A stretch of 58,887 nt of DNA, counting the filler. It is 4 parts of 4 records of this genome, joined end to end, with 100 filler letters (N's around TTAATTAATTAA, not from the genome) between each part and the next. Parts side by side here need not be neighbours in the genome. Positions count along the whole stretch, not along the records: positions 53,073 to 58,887 come from SRR22947725_145; 3 more parts are not named here. One strand, 5' to 3'. Every line of letters begins with the position of its first letter. Within the stretch, counting starts at the first letter, position 1. The notes beneath the pieces are model-generated. The model was given only the letters and a program-made list of their open reading frames with translations, did no database searches and was not told the origin of the DNA. Positions 57,748 to 58,887 of this stretch are shown here, piece by piece. The position numbers and the translations under genes were made by a program.

Positions 57748-58847
57748 TAAATAATTTCCTGTTTAGTAATCTTTATATCATAACCTTCCAAACCAATAAC
57801 TTTTTTAAGAGACTTAGTAATTAATATCATATTTTTAATCTTTAAATCTTTAATTATTTGAGCACCAATACCATAATTTCTTATAAGCTTATCATTTCCT
57901 TTTTTATAGAAATTTTTGTTTTTATAATCCTTAAGTGTTTGTGTAACAGATTTTAAATTTGTATCTTTTATAAAAACTAAAACACAGTTATTAAATTTCT
58001 TAAAATAATTTAAAGTTTTATCAAATGAATTTGGTAATTGTTGATTGATTAAATAATTTTGAACTACGTTAGAAGAAATTACTCTAACTCTTGGTATTAT
58101 CCCTTTTTTAATATTTCCTTTAATCAAAGCAAAATGCTCAGATCCATCTAAAAGGTTTTCATAAATTCGAATTTTATATTTTTGATTTTTTACTTTAATA
58201 TCTGATTGTTTTTTAAGTTTAATTAGTTTTTCTTTTTTTAAACGATAAGCAATAAGGTCTTCGATTTTACCTATCTTTAAATTATGTTTGTTTGCAAAAT
58301 CAAATAAATCTTGGCCTTTGGCCATTGTTCCATCTTCATTCATTATTTCACAAATAACTGCAGAGTTATTTTTTTTAGCAAGTTTTGAAATATCAACAGA
58401 GGCTTCTGTGTGACCAGCTCTTACTAAAACACCGCCGTCTTTCGCAATAATTGGAAAAACATGTCCAGGTGAAACTATGTCTTTCTTATTTGCATTTTTT
58501 TTTGAAGCAATTTTAATTGTCTTTGCTCTATCTTTTGCTGAGATACCTGTTGTTATTCCTTTTTTTGCTTCAATAGAAATTGTAAATGCAGTTTTATTCC
58601 TTGATTGATTTATTGGTGACATCAAAGATAAATTTAATCGCCTTGCTTGTACACTATCTAGCGCCAGACAAATTAATCCACGACCATATTTTGCCATAAA
58701 ATTTATATTTTTAGCACTTGAGTCAGTGGTTGATATTATTAAGTCTCCTTCGTTTTCTCTTTTCTCATCATCAACTAAGATGAACATACCACCTTTCTTT
58801 GCGATATTTATTATACTTTCAATGGATGCATAATTATTTTTTTTCAT
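57747..58847 (-). CDS. ribB: 3,4-dihydroxy-2-butanone-4-phosphate synthase with a degenerate GTP cyclohydrolase II domain
   Basis: VDDEKRENEGD, GRGLICL, TTGISA, PGHVFP and RAGHTEA motifs; the C-terminal domain has RNYGIGAQI but lacks RVHSEC. Confidence 0.92.
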   Translation of the reverse strand: MKKNNYASIESIINIAKKGGMFILVDDEKRENEGDLIISTTDSSAKNINFMAKYGRGLICLALDSVQARRLNLSLMSPINQSRNKTAFTISIEAKKGITTGISAKDRAKTIKIASKKNANKKDIVSPGHVFPIIAKDGGVLVRAGHTEASVDISKLAKKNNSAVICEIMNEDGTMAKGQDLFDFANKHNLKIGKIEDLIAYRLKKEKLIKLKKQSDIKVKNQKYKIRIYENLLDGSEHFALIKGNIKKGIIPRVRVISSNVVQNYLINQQLPNSFDKTLNYFKKFNNCVLVFIKDTNLKSVTQTLKDYKNKNFYKKGNDKLIRNYGIGAQIIKDLKIKNMILITKSLKKVIGLEGYDIKITKQEII

Positions 58848-58887
58848 TAAAATAATTTCTAACGTATTTAGATAAGATATCTATCTC
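58834..58887 (-). CDS. ribE: C-terminal end of riboflavin synthase
   Basis: Minus strand reads EIDILSKYVRNYFNEKK*, matching the ExDxxxKYV terminus; overlaps the ribB start. Confidence 0.75.
   Translation of the reverse strand, partial: EIDILSKYVRNYFNEKK

Noticed and set aside
1-58887. CRISPR arrays, IS elements, rRNA genes, defence systems
   Set aside because: I saw no regularly spaced repeats, transposase or integrase motifs, rRNA-like sequence or defence-gene motifs. Poly-A runs are attributable to Lys codons in AT-rich DNA and all lie in intact frames.

Overview
Very AT-rich alphaproteobacterial DNA made of four separate contigs joined by artificial 100-nt linkers (N44-TTAATTAATTAA-N44 at 21510-21609, 28311-28410, 52973-53072), so adjacency across the linkers means nothing biologically. 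Contig 1 (1-21509) holds the 3' end of a membrane pyrophosphatase, mmsB, and a compact amino-sugar/peptidoglycan-recycling cluster (GH84 N-acetylglucosaminidase, PIG-L deacetylase, anmK, murQ, WecA/MraY-like transferase, NlpC/P60, amidase), followed by a minus-strand surface-polysaccharide cluster. Contig 2 (21610-28310) is a 7-gene, integrase-free cassette for a CDP-linked C-methyl-branched deoxysugar. Both of its ends lie in the 3' half of a tRNA-Val(GAC) sequence and share an exact 22-nt repeat. Contig 3 (28411-52972) has sulfotransferases, an FkbH/ACP module, an EPS-associated MarR regulator with a palindromic operator, and a heavily tailored legionaminic-acid-type operon. It ends in an inversion junction that looks like an amplification chimera. 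Contig 4 (53073-58887) is streamlined core genome resembling Pelagibacterales/SAR11 (Cbp3-like chaperone, bamE, hppA, thiL, nusB, ribH, ribB, ribE). The best candidates for new biology are (1) the tRNA-Val-bounded glycan cassette, (2) a possible non-canonical peptidoglycan recycling route with GH84 and PIG-L enzymes in place of NagZ and NagA, and (3) FkbH/ACP-dependent glyceroylation of a nonulosonic acid. All calls come from reading motifs by eye; no searches were run.
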